Shown: piece by piece, positions 36,751 to 50,912 of the stretch
Layout: each line of letters starts with the position of its first letter
Position numbering within the stretch: position 1 is the first letter of the stretch
From: Mizuhopecten yessoensis
Lineage: Eukaryota
Reading direction: 5' to 3'
NCBI RefSeq assembly: GCF_002113885.1
Contig: NW_018408732.1
Coordinates: forward strand, 309,473-373,472
Length of the DNA: 64,000 bases
Translations under genes and position numbers: made by a program
Notes under the pieces: generated by a model
Told to the model about the DNA's origin: nothing
What the model saw: only the letters and a program-made list of their open reading frames with translations
Databases searched by the model: none

Positions 36751-37419
36751 TAGAGCTGTAGCGAGTATCCGGATACTCAAATATCCACGAGTAAAACCTG
36801 AAAAACAAGTACGGATAATCGTTATATCTGAGGTCAGTAGATCGCGATCTTTGTGAAAATGTTAAAACAATTGAATTTTTCATTTAAAAAGCACAATTTC
36901 TTTTCGAAACAAACCTTTTTCGTAGTATTGTGTGTACCGATATCCGAAATTAATGTACCGGAAGTAAATGAAAAAAAACTATGTAAACTGTAAAGCTAGT
37001 GGTTGCGTTGTTTTCGAATTAAAATATCAAAGCGCGTGAAAATTATTTCCACTTCGTTACAGGTTTCTTAAAAATAAAATATATTTAGAAATTAAATGAG
37101 CAGTTTCGTCTTATTTACATGAAAAGTAAAGTTTGAATTGTAATTATACGAGCATTCGGATGATGGCATCACATTGTTGTCTGCAAACATGGCTGAGCTG
37201 CCCTATCAAAATGTTCCGTCAAAATTCACTTTGAAAGTTTGGCAGTATTACGGTATTGCAATTAAAGATGACAAGAAGGCAATTTGTAAAACTTGTCACA
37301 TGGAAACAGCGTATACGGGAGGAACCACAAATTTGTCAAATCATATGAAAAAACACCATGGAATCGTGAGCTATGACTATGATCTGAAAAATGATTCATC
37401 TATTGGTCATGGTGTCTAA
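36751..37419 (+). mobile_element. 5' fragment of a hAT-type DNA transposon with BED zinc finger
   Basis: Begins tagagctgtagcga (hAT-like terminus) with palindrome gagtatccggatactc; ORF 37174-37419 encodes VWQYY...AICKTC...GGTTNLSNHMKKHH (zf-BED) and then stops. No right end found. Confidence 0.7.
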
Positions 37420-39510
37420 AAAACCTCTGGGCATTTTAGAAATCACTTTAGATCATGTGAAGTTATAACTAGATACTTAGTAAACAAATGGACATAGTGA
37501 GTCTGACATAGCAGTGGTATTACTTGGATTAAATTGTTATGGGAAGGTGACATTACACAGCCTATTGGAGAAGTCCTAGTTTTATAGTCGTCGTCCATAT
37601 TGCAGAGTAAACTCTATGGAGGTGGGAGTGTGCCAGGATTAGCATCCCCAGCTGGGGCTCTATTTATTTGACATACTTTGTACTTATATTTGTTTATTTT
37701 TTGTTTTCGCCTTATTAAAGCCATGCTGTTCCTGTCTGTTGCTGAAGCGTGGTCCTGCCAGAGTCAGGATGTAGAGTTCAACTGATCCTTGACAAGTTCT
37801 TGGCAAGGCTATTTCTGCCAGTTTATCAGACTTGGGCTGTGAATTTCCGTTTACTGGTAATCTCCAGCTAATGGTGTAGAATCATAAATTAGTACAATTC
37901 TCCTTTATTTACTACACTATGTACAACAACTGAGACAGGTAAATCTGTGGAATCGCAGGTAAAAGTGGTGTATAAAGTCCTAATGTTACAGATTGTAATT
38001 AACTTGCTGTCTGTTGTGTATTATCATGAGGGTTTTATACTTTTAATGTGTAATAGTTGAGAAGCTAGAACACACGATTAGGCGGACATTGAATAGGGAG
38101 GTTCCCTGTACAGTTGTATCAGTAAAACACTAATTATATATATATATAATTACCAGCCAGGCCATACTTTGGTTTCAACATAGGTCATCATAAATTATCC
38201 TTGATTACAAGACTGATTACTTAAGTTATGAATGCATCCTTAGAGTCTGTCCATGTTTTTCTGTGCAGTCTAATTATATAAATTGATATGGAAAACCTGC
38301 ACTCAGTCTAATTATATAAATTGATATGGAAAACCTGCACAGCCTGGTTTCTTATCCAACTGATACGACAGACCATTGTACATGTGGTGGGTAACGATTT
38401 GTTCACATGGAGTGCAGAACTAGACTTCCTCCGGAACGTAGACAGTCAGACCCAATCAGACTCCATAATTTTCCTGTTTGATAACCTCAACATCTCCAAT
38501 GTTCATAAAGGATTTGAGATTTTTTCTTCTAACGCAGTGAACTTAGCACAATTTATAGAACCTAAATGTTTGAAATGATATACAGTCTTGACATGAATTT
38601 CAGAATAATGCAATGTTTACACTAGGTCGAATAGCATTAATCTGTAAAATAATGTGGACATTTCTCAAAACTACCTTCCAGAGATTGTTTATTAGATGGT
38701 TAAGGTTCTCCGATATATATAATAAAAACTGCTACAGCTTTTCCCGAGACTAGAAAATCATCATCCATGGTATAATGAAAATACATGGTAGATAATTGAT
38801 AAAGAAACATACACACTACAACCTTTTGTAAGATTAGCTAGGATACATTTAACACCCTGACTTTTCAGTTGGACATTTTAAGAGCATATGCTAGCTTACA
38901 CATTGTATTTTATTTATTTATTTGCGATTTGAGTTAAAGGTTAAGGGCATATGCTACCTAAAATGTGTACATGTGATTTTTAATTTCACCCTACAAAATT
39001 TTGATTAAGGATGTATGGAGCAATAGGGCCCATGCAATTTCACTATCAGGATATTCAAAAGATGTATATCGGAGGAATTAAAGGGATTCAATGGCTGAAA
39101 TGACATCAACATCAGGATATTAAGGATGTGTAGAAAAGACAGGGTGAGGAGATAGGGCTTCAGTGCTGGTATGACATCACTGTGAACCAGGATGTAGAGT
39201 GTATATAGAAGAGACCAGGTTTCAGTAGGGGCATGTATCTGTATGAGATTAATTAGGGCCATGTTTGTTATGTCTTCAGGTCATGACTTAGAAAACAGGC
39301 CTAGCAGCCAGTTTAGAATGGCCTTGGCTTGGTCAGTGCCATAAAGATATGCTCAATTATCTGTTGTTTATCTATCAAAGTAAACCTGGGCAATACCATA
39401 TTATATCTCCCTTTACCTAAGCTTCATTGTATGTAGACCTGCACTCATGGTCTCTATAGGGGCCTATCCATTCTATAGTCAGCAGGAAATCAAGAGTGGC
39501 ACATTGTCTA

Positions 39511-39849
39511 TGTAGTGGACCTGGACTGGGTTGATCACAGATGACCTGATGTAGCTTAGTTGAGCATCTGTCTAGAATCTGGAGGACCTGGGTTTGAATG
39601 CTGTTCTTGCCATTGGTCTTTTTCTCATTGTTACATTTGTCACCAAGCTAAACAACAATGAAAGTTGGTAAAGGGTCTTTAGGTTGAACGAAATTTATCA
39701 AGGAGGGAGGAATGTGGTGGAATCAGACTGGGTTAAAACTAATAGTTGGTGACCTGAGGAAGTGTAGTTGGTTAGAGCATTTGTCTCAAGTTTGGAAGTC
39801 CTTGGTTTAAATCCTGACCGACCATTGCTTCTCCCGATTCCTGTTAATG
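39511..39849 (+). mobile_element. Second, degenerate two-LTR copy of the tRNA-containing TRIM
   Basis: LTR1 39511-39635 (tgtag...tgttaca), short interior, the same PPT aaggagggaggaa at 39700-39712, LTR2 from 39713 to cctgtta near 39846. Confidence 0.65.
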
Positions 39850-42800
39850 TCTATCTCTCCTCAGATATTTAAATCACTACATTACCAGCTGAGAGGTGAT
39901 AGCATTGATGGTGCATTGTGTATATGGAATGGAACTTTTAAGTCAGAAATTTGCATTCCATTTATCTGTAAGGACGAAAGTCAGACAATTTAAGTTTTAT
40001 GGAAAGAGACATCCTTTTTGTTTGATTCCAATTGATCATTTAAGTGGTTTAAATCTTGTTTATTTGATGATAAATTGATGATATTGTAACTTTCCATACC
40101 ATTAGTGTAGCCCCATACACCCGTCTATACTGATGTGTAGGGTCTGTGTAGACACATTGTGTACTTGGACGGAGATGACCCCTGGACTGAGCCCTGGTGC
40201 AGACCCAGCCATTGTACCGCCTCTATATAATGACCACCCTCCACTGCACACACAGCCAGAGATGTTTACAAACATACACACTCCAATACTGATACCACAA
40301 CAAAGGCACATTTTGCACCTGAGATCTAACAAGCTTTTCATCTGAGGAATTTAACGAGATCAGCTATTTAGGGAACAATGACAATTCAGGTTGTGTGTGT
40401 TTATGGCAGTATGTTTTGATGGAATCAAAATGCCATTAGTAGGTTAGTTATAACATATGTCAGCCACTTGAGAGTTCACTGGGTGAACCAGGTATACCGA
40501 TATTTAGAGTGGTGCTCCATGACAGAGTTGTATAATTTGAACAGCTAATTTCTGTGTCAAATTTGATTCATTTTTTATCAGAATGTAATCCAACAGACCC
40601 AAGATATTCAGGCTTCATTAAGTTCTGGCAGCAACCTCTTGAGATTCAAACAGTTAGGAGGCCCAGAGTTTTAAGCAGGAAGGCATCAGTTCTATGTTTG
40701 TGCTTTAGATTCAGCAGCAGTAACCTTAGAGAATTAAAATATGTTGATGATTGTAAGTAACGTGCCTTAGCGAAAAATCATAAAGATGAAAGTTTCTCCA
40801 TTTATCACACATTAAAAGGTTATCAGGATATTTTTGCATCATTTTTTTCTCTCAGTAAATTTGTAATCAATCGTGAAATAAATAGGTCTACAAGTAACGT
40901 GAGGGGTTTGAATGAACTACACTCCACATACAGAATTTACCGCCACTGTAAAATCCTTTCTCCCCACAAAACTTATCATTTAAAGTCATGCGGTGAGTGA
41001 TATGAAAAACCTTTTGTAATATAAACTCGTCATGTAAGTCATGCAGTGCCAGATATGAGGGACCTTTTGTAAGAAATGTTGTGTATTACAGAAGTTGACC
41101 CTCAGACATGGCATCCCACCTCAAGTATAAAACAGATCACAGAGTGGATTGCCCCCTAACAGGCAGTTTGCGGTTATATACATTCTTACACTAGATACAA
41201 TGTGTAACAGTTGGACTGAAGGATGCTGGGTAATGCATTTGTTATGTTTGGGTGTGCTGATCACCTGTTTACAGGATTATTATCTGCACTCAAAATAGCT
41301 TGTTCTGTACTCAAGGGCTTTGTTTAGATTCCGTAATTTGTAAACATGAACATGCTTCGGACACATGTTGGGACATATTAATACATGCTGATGTGAATTG
41401 TGATGTATAATTTGTGTCGGGGATACTGAAACTTATCTTAAACCTTTAAAGTTTGGCGAAAATGTATCAAAGTTTTTATAATTAAAAGGATTTATTTTGT
41501 GGGTCCTTGAAATGAAAAAATAAATAAATTGGTATCAACAATTGGGCATTAAAATATTCCTCCTATTTCCACATGTGATGATGTTCTGTGTCCTCTATCA
41601 GTGCTTATGCTTCCGTAAGGAGTTGTTAAAGAAAATAGATTACTTCTATTTGAAGAAAGTGTTGGTCTCCGAGGTTACATGGCTTGACAGTTATAAATAC
41701 TTCAATAGGTGAAAAAAACACGTTCCATATCACAGGTGAATGACTTTAGAGTATAATGATGAATGAAAGTCAGAATTTCACAAGTACTCTGAATCATATT
41801 ACTATCAGAAACTCTTATCCTGTCAAATTTGAAGATAAAATCTGAAATATGATCACTAAAACATTTTCCTACACAAAGAAAATGTTGTTATTACTTTTGA
41901 GGATATGTACCATTTCTATTCTTAAAAGTTGAATTGTGTATTAGGTACGAACAATGTCATTGAAATGAAGGTAAGAGTAAAAGTTACAAATATTGAAGTG
42001 AAATCCAATCGTCACACACATAATGACAGCGTAATTATTTTGTCTGAAGTTCACAAAGGGGAGTAATCTTTTTGTCAAAGGGGAGGTAATTAGTGTCAGT
42101 GTGATGATTTATGGGGGTATAAACAGGCTGTATTTGACAATGTTCAGGTTTCACTATACAGTTCTAGTAGCAACAGTAACCATTAGTCTGCCAGGTATGG
42201 ATGGTTATAGACTCTTCAGTCGTTAACCATTAGTCTGCCAGGTAGGCAGTATGGATGGTTAGACTCCTCAGTCGTTATTATCACGGAGAGTGTTCACTTG
42301 ATCCCACACCTCTTATACAGAATGCAATTCAATTTTTTTCGGTAAAAAGACACAACAAATTATAACAACATATCTATCACAATATATAATTATCGTAACA
42401 GGTAAAGATATATATTTGCATAAAAATGTGAATCCAATTTTGTTTTATAAGAGTATTGCTTATTGATAAAAAATATTTGGCACTGGTTATCCTAATAAAA
42501 ATATGTCTCTAGCTAAAAACATTAAGTTACAGGGCCGTAGGTCCAGTTGAAGTGAAAATTCACTGGTCCTGTTTGAAGTGCACTGGTCCAGAAAATGAGG
42601 GGGGCATGACCTACCCCTGAAAGTTTTGAAATGTAGAATCTATGATGCATTCTGAGCTTGAAAGAGAACTTTTCAAATCTGCAGAAATGTTAAATAAATT
42701 TACAAAATATATACTGGCCCGGCCGGATAGCTTGTTGAAAAACCTGCTGGTCCGCCCGGAAAACCACGAAAAGCCAAATGACAAGTGATAAATTCCACCC

Positions 42801-43033
42801 ATGGTTATCCTTAGAACCGAGATAATTCGGAAAAAAAAAGAAGTTTTATTTCCATTGGGATCCTCAATGTTGATAGGTTTACATCAGGGACTGAACCCCG
42901 TTGGATATGATGTGACCTCATGTGACCCTGTTTGACATCCTATACCTTTGTGACTGCTTCGTTACAATGAGTTGTGACCTAACACCTCCTGACAGGAGTA
43001 TGCAGAGTTTGGCATGAAATGTTGATTCAGAAA

Positions 43034-43146
43034 GTGACCTCACATGACCTTGTGTGTCTTCTGTGTGACCTCACACGACCTTGTGTGTCTTCTGTGTGAC
43101 CTCACACGACCTTGTGTGTTTTCTGTGTGACCTCGCACGACCTTGC
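43034..43146. repeat. 31-bp tandem repeat x about 3.5
   Basis: gtgacctcacacgaccttgtgtgtcttctgt. Confidence 0.85.
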
Positions 43147-43979
43147 ATCTGATGTCTGATTACTGTAAGTAGGGTGGAATATATTCCACCTAACAGCGAA
43201 GTAGATAGATTGGTTGAAGAATTGACCAAGGAAGAAACCTGTATGACCTGTGAACTCCTACGACCTTACATTAACTTTCACGTTTATCATAAGTAGGTGT
43301 GATATTACTAAGGACCAACAAAAATCTGTACAGGTAGTCATTTTACATTTTATTTTGTTTAGAGAAATCAAATCCCCCACAAAGGTCATTTAGACAGAAC
43401 TTTTCTCACATACATAATGCGTATTATCAACTAGTGTGAAGGGTTATCACGAGTCGGGTATCCATTGGTAAGAAATTAACTTGGTTGACTCCTCTTTCAT
43501 CCAGAAAACATATCAACTCCTCTTCAAACGAATAAAACTTCAGTAATAATGACCAACAAGTTAGAAGTTCAGACTATATTTGACAAATGAGTGAATAAAA
43601 CACATAAAGATGGATACCAGAATCTCTGTCTGATACAGATAAAACATGGCAGATGTTAGCTTCCTGTCCTCCGCAGAAAACACAACCTGGATATAATTCC
43701 ATCGTCCACAGCAGCCCTCCACAAATATTGCTACCATCACACTTTATTATGTAAACTTAGAGAATTATAATTCCTTCATCAAGAAATTACCCAGTGTGTC
43801 TCCAGAACATTACCACCCATATTTTCCACCACATAATAGACGGTATAGCAGCCCATAACAAACATTGCCAATCAAAAAAATTCAAAATGTAAAACAAAAA
43901 CTCCCTGTAACAGCAGCAACCCTCCCCAGCCTTGTAATCCGTAATACACTTATCAATGTTGAAGAATTCCTGTGTCAAT

Positions 43980-44300
43980 GGGTGGTCGGGTGGCACAGTG
44001 GATAGTGCACTAACCTTTCACCAAGACAGTCACAGTTCAATTCCCCGATTAGATGTGAACATTAAGGTATGGGTTTTATATTAGTTTCAACATATTTTTG
44101 TTATTGCCTTGAAAATGACAAAAAGGATTAGGCACAAGTTTGTACAACTTAATTAGGCCCTCTCCTAACTTAAATATGTTTTACGTACATCATAGCTGTC
44201 TTAACATGTATGCTTCATCTTTTTTTTTTTTTTTTTTTTATTATTCTCAACAACATGGGTGTAGGTACTTTCCAGGTTCTCTGGTTTCCTACTATAGTAA
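43980..44300 (+). mobile_element. Degenerate tRNA-derived SINE interrupted by an insertion
   Basis: A-box tggcacagtgg near 43991, B-box gttcaattcc near 44035, and ccaggttctctggtttcct near 44272 resembling a V/Meta-SINE central domain. Confidence 0.45.
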
Positions 44301-47300
44301 TAATTCATATTTGAAAAACTAATTTTACAATCGTTGTAAAATAAATCATATTTATAATCGCCTCTAAATAATGTTCAGTATATTGAACGTTTTAGAGTAT
44401 CCTGTTGAAGTTATTGTATGAATTAGCCAAAAAGCACAAATATGCTGTCTAGGATATAGAAGGAACCCATCATCACCCTTAGGTAGAAAACTGGAGGAGA
44501 TTGTATAGTTAGTAAGAGGGACTGTTGTGTGGTATTAAACAGGAACAGTGTTCATTAAGATATAGCTGTATTGAATTTTAGATTGTTGTTCATGAGGTCT
44601 ATTGTGACGTATTTGATCAAGGGTAATTAGTATGTAGTGATAAGACACTTTCTGCTCTCAAGTCTCCACTTCCACACACCCAGTCTGTGCCAGCCAGAAG
44701 GTATCGGCTCTATCAGATCTGTGATCGTGTCTGGTTTCTACAACTGTTGTGTAATAGTTCAACCATCTATACCTGGGTTTTCATGGGAGTTTCACAGCAT
44801 TGTTTCACCTTATAATCATTAACTACTGCCCTTCTGTCTGTTCATGTATTCATTAACTCATGTCCTAAACTTTTACTCTTTGTCTAGGGGGTGAAACTGA
44901 TTTTTTTAAGTTGCTTGCGAAGATGTTGAAGCTGATTATGATCCTGCAGATTTAATAGTAGGACTTTCCACCCTTAAAATCTAAATCCATTTATACAAAT
45001 AAGATATGTATGAAGTAAAGTCAATTTCAAGTAAACTTTATTTTAAAATATGACTAGACAGCAAAGTGATTACTTATGAAAGTTAAACGAGGAGAATATT
45101 TTGACCTTAAAACAGTAGAGCTAAACTTGCATTTAGCAAGTTTTTCTGTGAGAATTGGCTGTTGCCTGAACGTCAAGAACATCAGTATTGCATTGTTTAA
45201 ATGTCTGTTCATGCATCCAAGAATATTTTGTCTGTTGATGAAAATCGTTGATTTCCTTTGGACTTGCCTGTTCAGGGATATGTTCAGGTATCCATGAACA
45301 GATAGTTGATGTATCCATGAACAATTAGGAAGTAGTGTATCAATACCCATTCATTGGTCTCCTGTTTGTTTAGCATAACACATTACATACGTAATTGATG
45401 CACTAATTTTCTTGTCATTGATGTAGATATATATTTTTGCTTTCCCCTTGTATCTTTTTGTATTTATTTATCAGTTGGGAGATAATCTCCATCTATACCA
45501 TCTTTTTCTGGTCAGTTCATGCATTGATGAACTGTTAATAGTTTATCAGTGACTGCTGTCACTAACCTGCTTACAGCCTTCCCAGAGTTTGAAGCATTTG
45601 GAAGGGTTTCCTTGTCTGTTGGTATGCATGTTCTGCAACACCTTGGCTTTCACTGCTGTGTACTGGTGTAAGATTGGTATAAGTGACCTTTATCTGTCAA
45701 TATCCCGGATAAGATCTCTAGATCAAGTGTCCTAATGCTCCTAATCTCTTGGCAATTGGATTTCTGAAAGAAAAATAACAAAAATAAGTATAGAATTGTG
45801 GGTGAGGTCACCTTTTGTTGGTACGAGGGACATTATGTCTTAACCTATCTGTGGTGAGGAATTAAAGCCCAGACCATTTCCCCAATCTTCAAAGCAAATA
45901 TTTAGGTAGGGGGCATTCTGCTGAATCCCCTAAAGTTGTACTTGACTGAGTAGAGAGCTGTGGCTAGGATGGTAAATGTGTTGGGTATTTGTGGGACAGC
46001 ATGTCCGTGTATTTACTGTTACACAAGTAGGTACTCGCATTGTGAGTGTTAATCGTAAAGTATACATACCTCATGTTCCTCAGCTTAACCCAACAGCTTT
46101 GATCTGTTGCCTAACATCACTTTTATCGCTGAAATTATTTATTTTAGAGAACACTACCAACATAAAAATACCAACATTTGTTCAGAAATGAGGACAGCAA
46201 GGTGGATGTAGCAAATTAAAATGTTCTTAACTAACAGAAGTAAGTCTATATGCTAAACATAGCTGTGGTAGACATGAACTCTCGGGTCAGGATGGTCTGG
46301 AGTCTAACATTGATAGAAGTTGTGACTATAAGGCTAAACACATCTACTTACAGGGTACTAGAACATGAGTTCTGGAATCTCTATCATGTTCTTCATATAC
46401 AGCTTATTATCTCTAATGATCAGAGATTGATATGAGAAAGATTTTACATCAATCTGTGATCCTCACCTAGCACCCAACCCCGTGTGGGAAGAGTAAGGTT
46501 CAAATGTGCAAATGTTTTACCCTGTTGGTGAGATCTAAAGCTGGAATCAGCATAAGTGATTAACTAGATGTTGCTGTTTGATTCATATTAACATCTAAAG
46601 TAGCCATTTGATTTACTTTTGTGGGAACATCAATGAAACGTAGAGGACTTTTTATGGGTGTCCTTGTCCCATAATTACTAGATCAAACACTGTCATTGAC
46701 ACAGTATTTAACAGTGAACATGACCCATCTGACATCATGCATATTAAATGACTTACCTTTGTGAAATTGATTTATCCTTTGGACAATGAAACACTGCATT
46801 CATTGACAATGATATTTCCTTTCTGTTGTGCACTGTGACATAAAAGGACTGTAGAATAACATGCAAAATTATGTTTTCAATTGAAAATTTCATCTAATAT
46901 TCTTGAAGTGATGTTGAATTCCTAAACAAGTTGTATTCATTCATAAAGTTGTAAAGTTCAAAACAAAATTACTAAAAGTAACACACTTTTAATCCGAGTT
47001 TATCATAGATAAAGGAGCCTTTTAGAAGAATTTGAAATAGTAGCTTTCATGTGAAGTTTTAGTCACAGATTAAATCAATATTAATTGAATGCCTGAATAC
47101 TACTGTACATTACTGATGGCACAATCTGGAGCACACAGTACATTGTTGTGGGCAAGGATTGTCATTTTATATACAGATGATGTCTTACAGTATTAACCGT
47201 TGGTGTTAGAATATAACAGGACCAAGTGTGTCTCAGTGAAGGATGTCTTCAGTAGAATTTGCTTGTTTCATCATCAATCCACTCTGTTTTTCAAAGTGAT

Positions 47301-50039
47301 GCACTACAGAGTTTTCTGTATTCTTGGTGTCCTTTATATTTTAGAATATTACTAGCTTTTCACCAAGACATCAAGGGGGTCAAGGCTGCAGAGGCTGGAG
47401 GTCAGATCAAGGTTACAAGTCCACTTTAATTTTGTTGATGTTGGTTGAAATGTTTTGTAACAGATATATCTGAATAGAAGGCCGCAGAGATATAAGTTCA
47501 CCATCACAATTAAGTTACTAAGTTCTTGTAAACATCAATTTGTCTTTTAGAAATTAGTGGAATGTAAGTGCTCACATTGACATAATTTGATAGGATTTAA
47601 TAGAATATTAGTGGATGCAGGCATTGCTGCCTCTATATCCACATCCGTACAATGTGAAATAATGGAGAACCATCAAAGTCAATGAGTCTACACGCAAAAA
47701 CAAAGATAACAAAGTCAACTAGTTCAAAAGAAAAAAAATGGAGTAGTCTCGAGTCATACCAAGTTTGAGAAAATAGATTCTAGTTTATTAACATTTTCCT
47801 GGTGTGGATTTTGAAGAACCAAGAGTAGTGTGTTGGATTATAGACAGGTATGTGGAGATTCTAAACTGCTAAGCACTTTGATTACTACAGTAGGAGCCAG
47901 CCCTCACTTGGGTAATTATTCTGGTTAATTGATCCTGCTCCAGAGCCTGGTTAGATCACAACAGGAACAACCTTGTGAATCCAGATTTAAGTATTGGGTA
48001 TTTCCTATATCCTTCTGATGACTACAAAAAACTGAAGATAATTTATGTTCTGTTTGGTATCTAGTTAAGTACTGAAAATTATTTTGAAGTATCTGTTGAA
48101 ACTGTATGCTGCTTAAGGAACCGTACTATTTTTCTTTTTCATGTAGCAATCTTGAAATGATTGAAAGGTAGTATCATTTCTGTGATAAAGCTAGGTAGGT
48201 TTGGTTTCCTTATCAAACATGTGATCCGGGCCCCACTAAAGTATGGAATTTTCTGTCTCATCCCACACATGACAAAATGTTCAGGACAATATAAAAAAAT
48301 GTAAATGGTATTTTCATGGTGTGCTGATAATAAGAAAAGCTTTACTACATAGTGGAACAAGTGATGGCAAAGCTTGGCTGTTCGTAGGTGAACAGGTAAG
48401 AGCAATATGGAGTCTGTACACAGCTGCCTGCCGCATCACGTTAAAACTGGTCTGACATGCCGAAAATTTGCTTGATTAAAAAGATCTTTTAAAGTAAAAA
48501 AACCCCACAGTACGATGATTTTTTTTAATGATAAAAAAATGGCAGTCATAAGAATCTCGGTCGTCTGGGAGATAAAAAAAAGCCAGGGCAGTCGTAAAGT
48601 GTTTAAGACTTACAGATGTGTAGGTACACAGAGATCTGTGGAGATTTGCCCCAGGATGATACTTTTTATTGAAAAAATTGTTAATGCATGGTTCTGTTTC
48701 CCTGTGTTGTATGTGACCTTGACAAAATAGAATAGAGGTCACAAGTTTGTGTACAAGCATGCTCACATGTCTATGGGGTTTACTAAGGTCTGTGTGTTAC
48801 AGACCACATAAAAAATGGCAAGAACCCTCGACCAGGGCGATTTTTAGATTTCACTTTGAGTAATGATATCTTGTAGATATAAAAAGAATTAGGGTTCATA
48901 TCACATGTTTCTATTTTATAAATATTTAGATTTTTGATATGTATTGATAGTATTGTTTTTAGCAGTGTAGATATATGTAATATTCTAATTAAGTATAATG
49001 CTACTCTTGGAGACAGTGTTTCATGCAGACAAGAACCAATGTTTTCAACAGGAAGATGCTTCATGCAGACACGAACCAACTTTTTCAACAGGAAGGTGCT
49101 ATATGTAGCCATGAACCAACGTTTTCAACAGGAAGAAGCACTTATTGGTGCATTAACCATCATGATATTATTCAGGACCCTCAGTTTTAAACTCCTTTTA
49201 CAGACAATTTTTTAGAAAAAAAGGTGCATTCCAACGTAGAAGTTTTATAAAAGAAGGGCTGGGCATTCTTAGCCTTATCATAAAATAATTTGGTTGAGTA
49301 TAAAATAAAGACGGTGTGTTGTGTGATGGAGGTCACAAGTTGAGTGATACAGAACTGAGATGTTTAATTAGTACTGATCGTTATCTGTCAGGACTGGGGG
49401 TGGTCTCGCATGTGGTTGGCCATGTCACCTCCCATTACCCTCCTCATTCTCTGCAACACTGTACATAGCTTTCCTTTCTGTAATTTCAATTTTATTATAC
49501 ACAAAAATTGTATAGCAATCACAAAAAGTATGCAGTCAAATCATATCTTGAAAAAAACTGTCTATTTATGTCCAGATAAAGCAGATATGGGTATCAAACA
49601 TACCTTATCAAATACTACTTGGTTTGTTGATGAAATCATGACTAAGGCAGATGGAATTGTAATATATCTTGAACAAGTATATGAGGTTACATATTTTATG
49701 TATGTTTGACAGAATGAGGGTGACACATGCCTTCACTTTTATCCTGACTCTCGGGGTCTGTGGCTGAGAGTGCACATGGTCGACATACCTTCATTACAGT
49801 GCCGGGGACATGTGGATCATTGTAGTTCCTAGTAAAGAGATGTAGGTCACTTTTTGTTTCCTGGAGTTATAAGGGCATGGCTGGGTCACTGGTTCCAAAT
49901 GCACCTTTATGACAGGGATATATGGGTCACTGTGACATTTAGTCCCCTAGGTTAGGAATGTAGGTTGCTGACATCTAGTAGGGACATACTGACCTCACTG
50001 TTACATATAAGATCGCTAACTCCCATTCTGTGTGGCACT

Positions 50040-50670
50040 CATTTCTAGTATAGAGATGTAGGTCACCAATTCCTAGTGTAATTATGTAGGTCACTGATTC
50101 CTAGTATAAATATGTAGGTCACTGACCCCTAGTGTAAATAAGGTCACTTATTCCTAGTGTAAATATGTAGGTCACTGACTCCTAGTGTAAATAAGGTCAC
50201 TAATTCCTAGTATAGAGATGTAGGTCTCTGACTCCTACTATACAGATGTAGGTCACCAATTCCTAGTGTAATTATGTAGGTCACTGATTCCTAGTATACA
50301 TATGTAGGTCACTGACTCCTAGTGTAAATAAGGTCACTTATTCCTAGTGTAAATATATAGGTCACTGATTCCTTATATAAATACATAGGTCAATGATTCC
50401 TAGTGTGGAGATGTAGGTCACTGATCTTAGTTTAAATATGTAGGTCACTGATTCTTTATATAAATATATAGGTCACTGACTCCTAGTGTGGAGATGTAGA
50501 TCACTGATCCTAGTGCAAATATGTGAGTCACTGACTTCCAGTATAAATATGTAGGTCACTGACTTCCAATATGAATATGTAGGTCACTGACTTCCAGTAT
50601 GAATATGGTGGTCACTGATTCATAATACGAAGATGTAAGTCCATGAATCCCATTACAGGTATGTGGGTCA
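50040..50670. repeat. Degenerate minisatellite, about 28-bp unit
   Basis: Core atgtaggtcactgattcctagtgtaaat. Confidence 0.88.
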
Positions 50671-50759
50671 CTGTTGCTCCAGGTACAGTTTTATTTTAGG
50701 GTCACTTTGTATTGTAGATGAACTAAGCTGTAAGTGGGTTAACCTTGGCCTGATGCATG

Positions 50760-50912
50760 AGTAACAGGAAAGAGAATAGTGTGCTGCTACCAGGGATCCA
50801 ACCCGCGATCCCTAGGTTCCTAGTCGAATGCTCTACCACTGAGCTTAGGATTCCCTCTAGCTTAAAACTAGAAGGCAAAGGTGATCCTATGTACAATCAA
50901 AATCTGCCACAC
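50760..50912 (-). mobile_element. Degenerate tRNA-like solo LTR (related subfamily)
   Basis: Reverse strand reads agctcagtggtagagcattcgactag...gggttggatccc...cctgttac. Confidence 0.5.

Noticed and set aside
36386-36883. 165-aa minus-strand ORF
   Set aside because: It spans the antisense of a TRIM and a hAT terminus and has no protein-like motifs.
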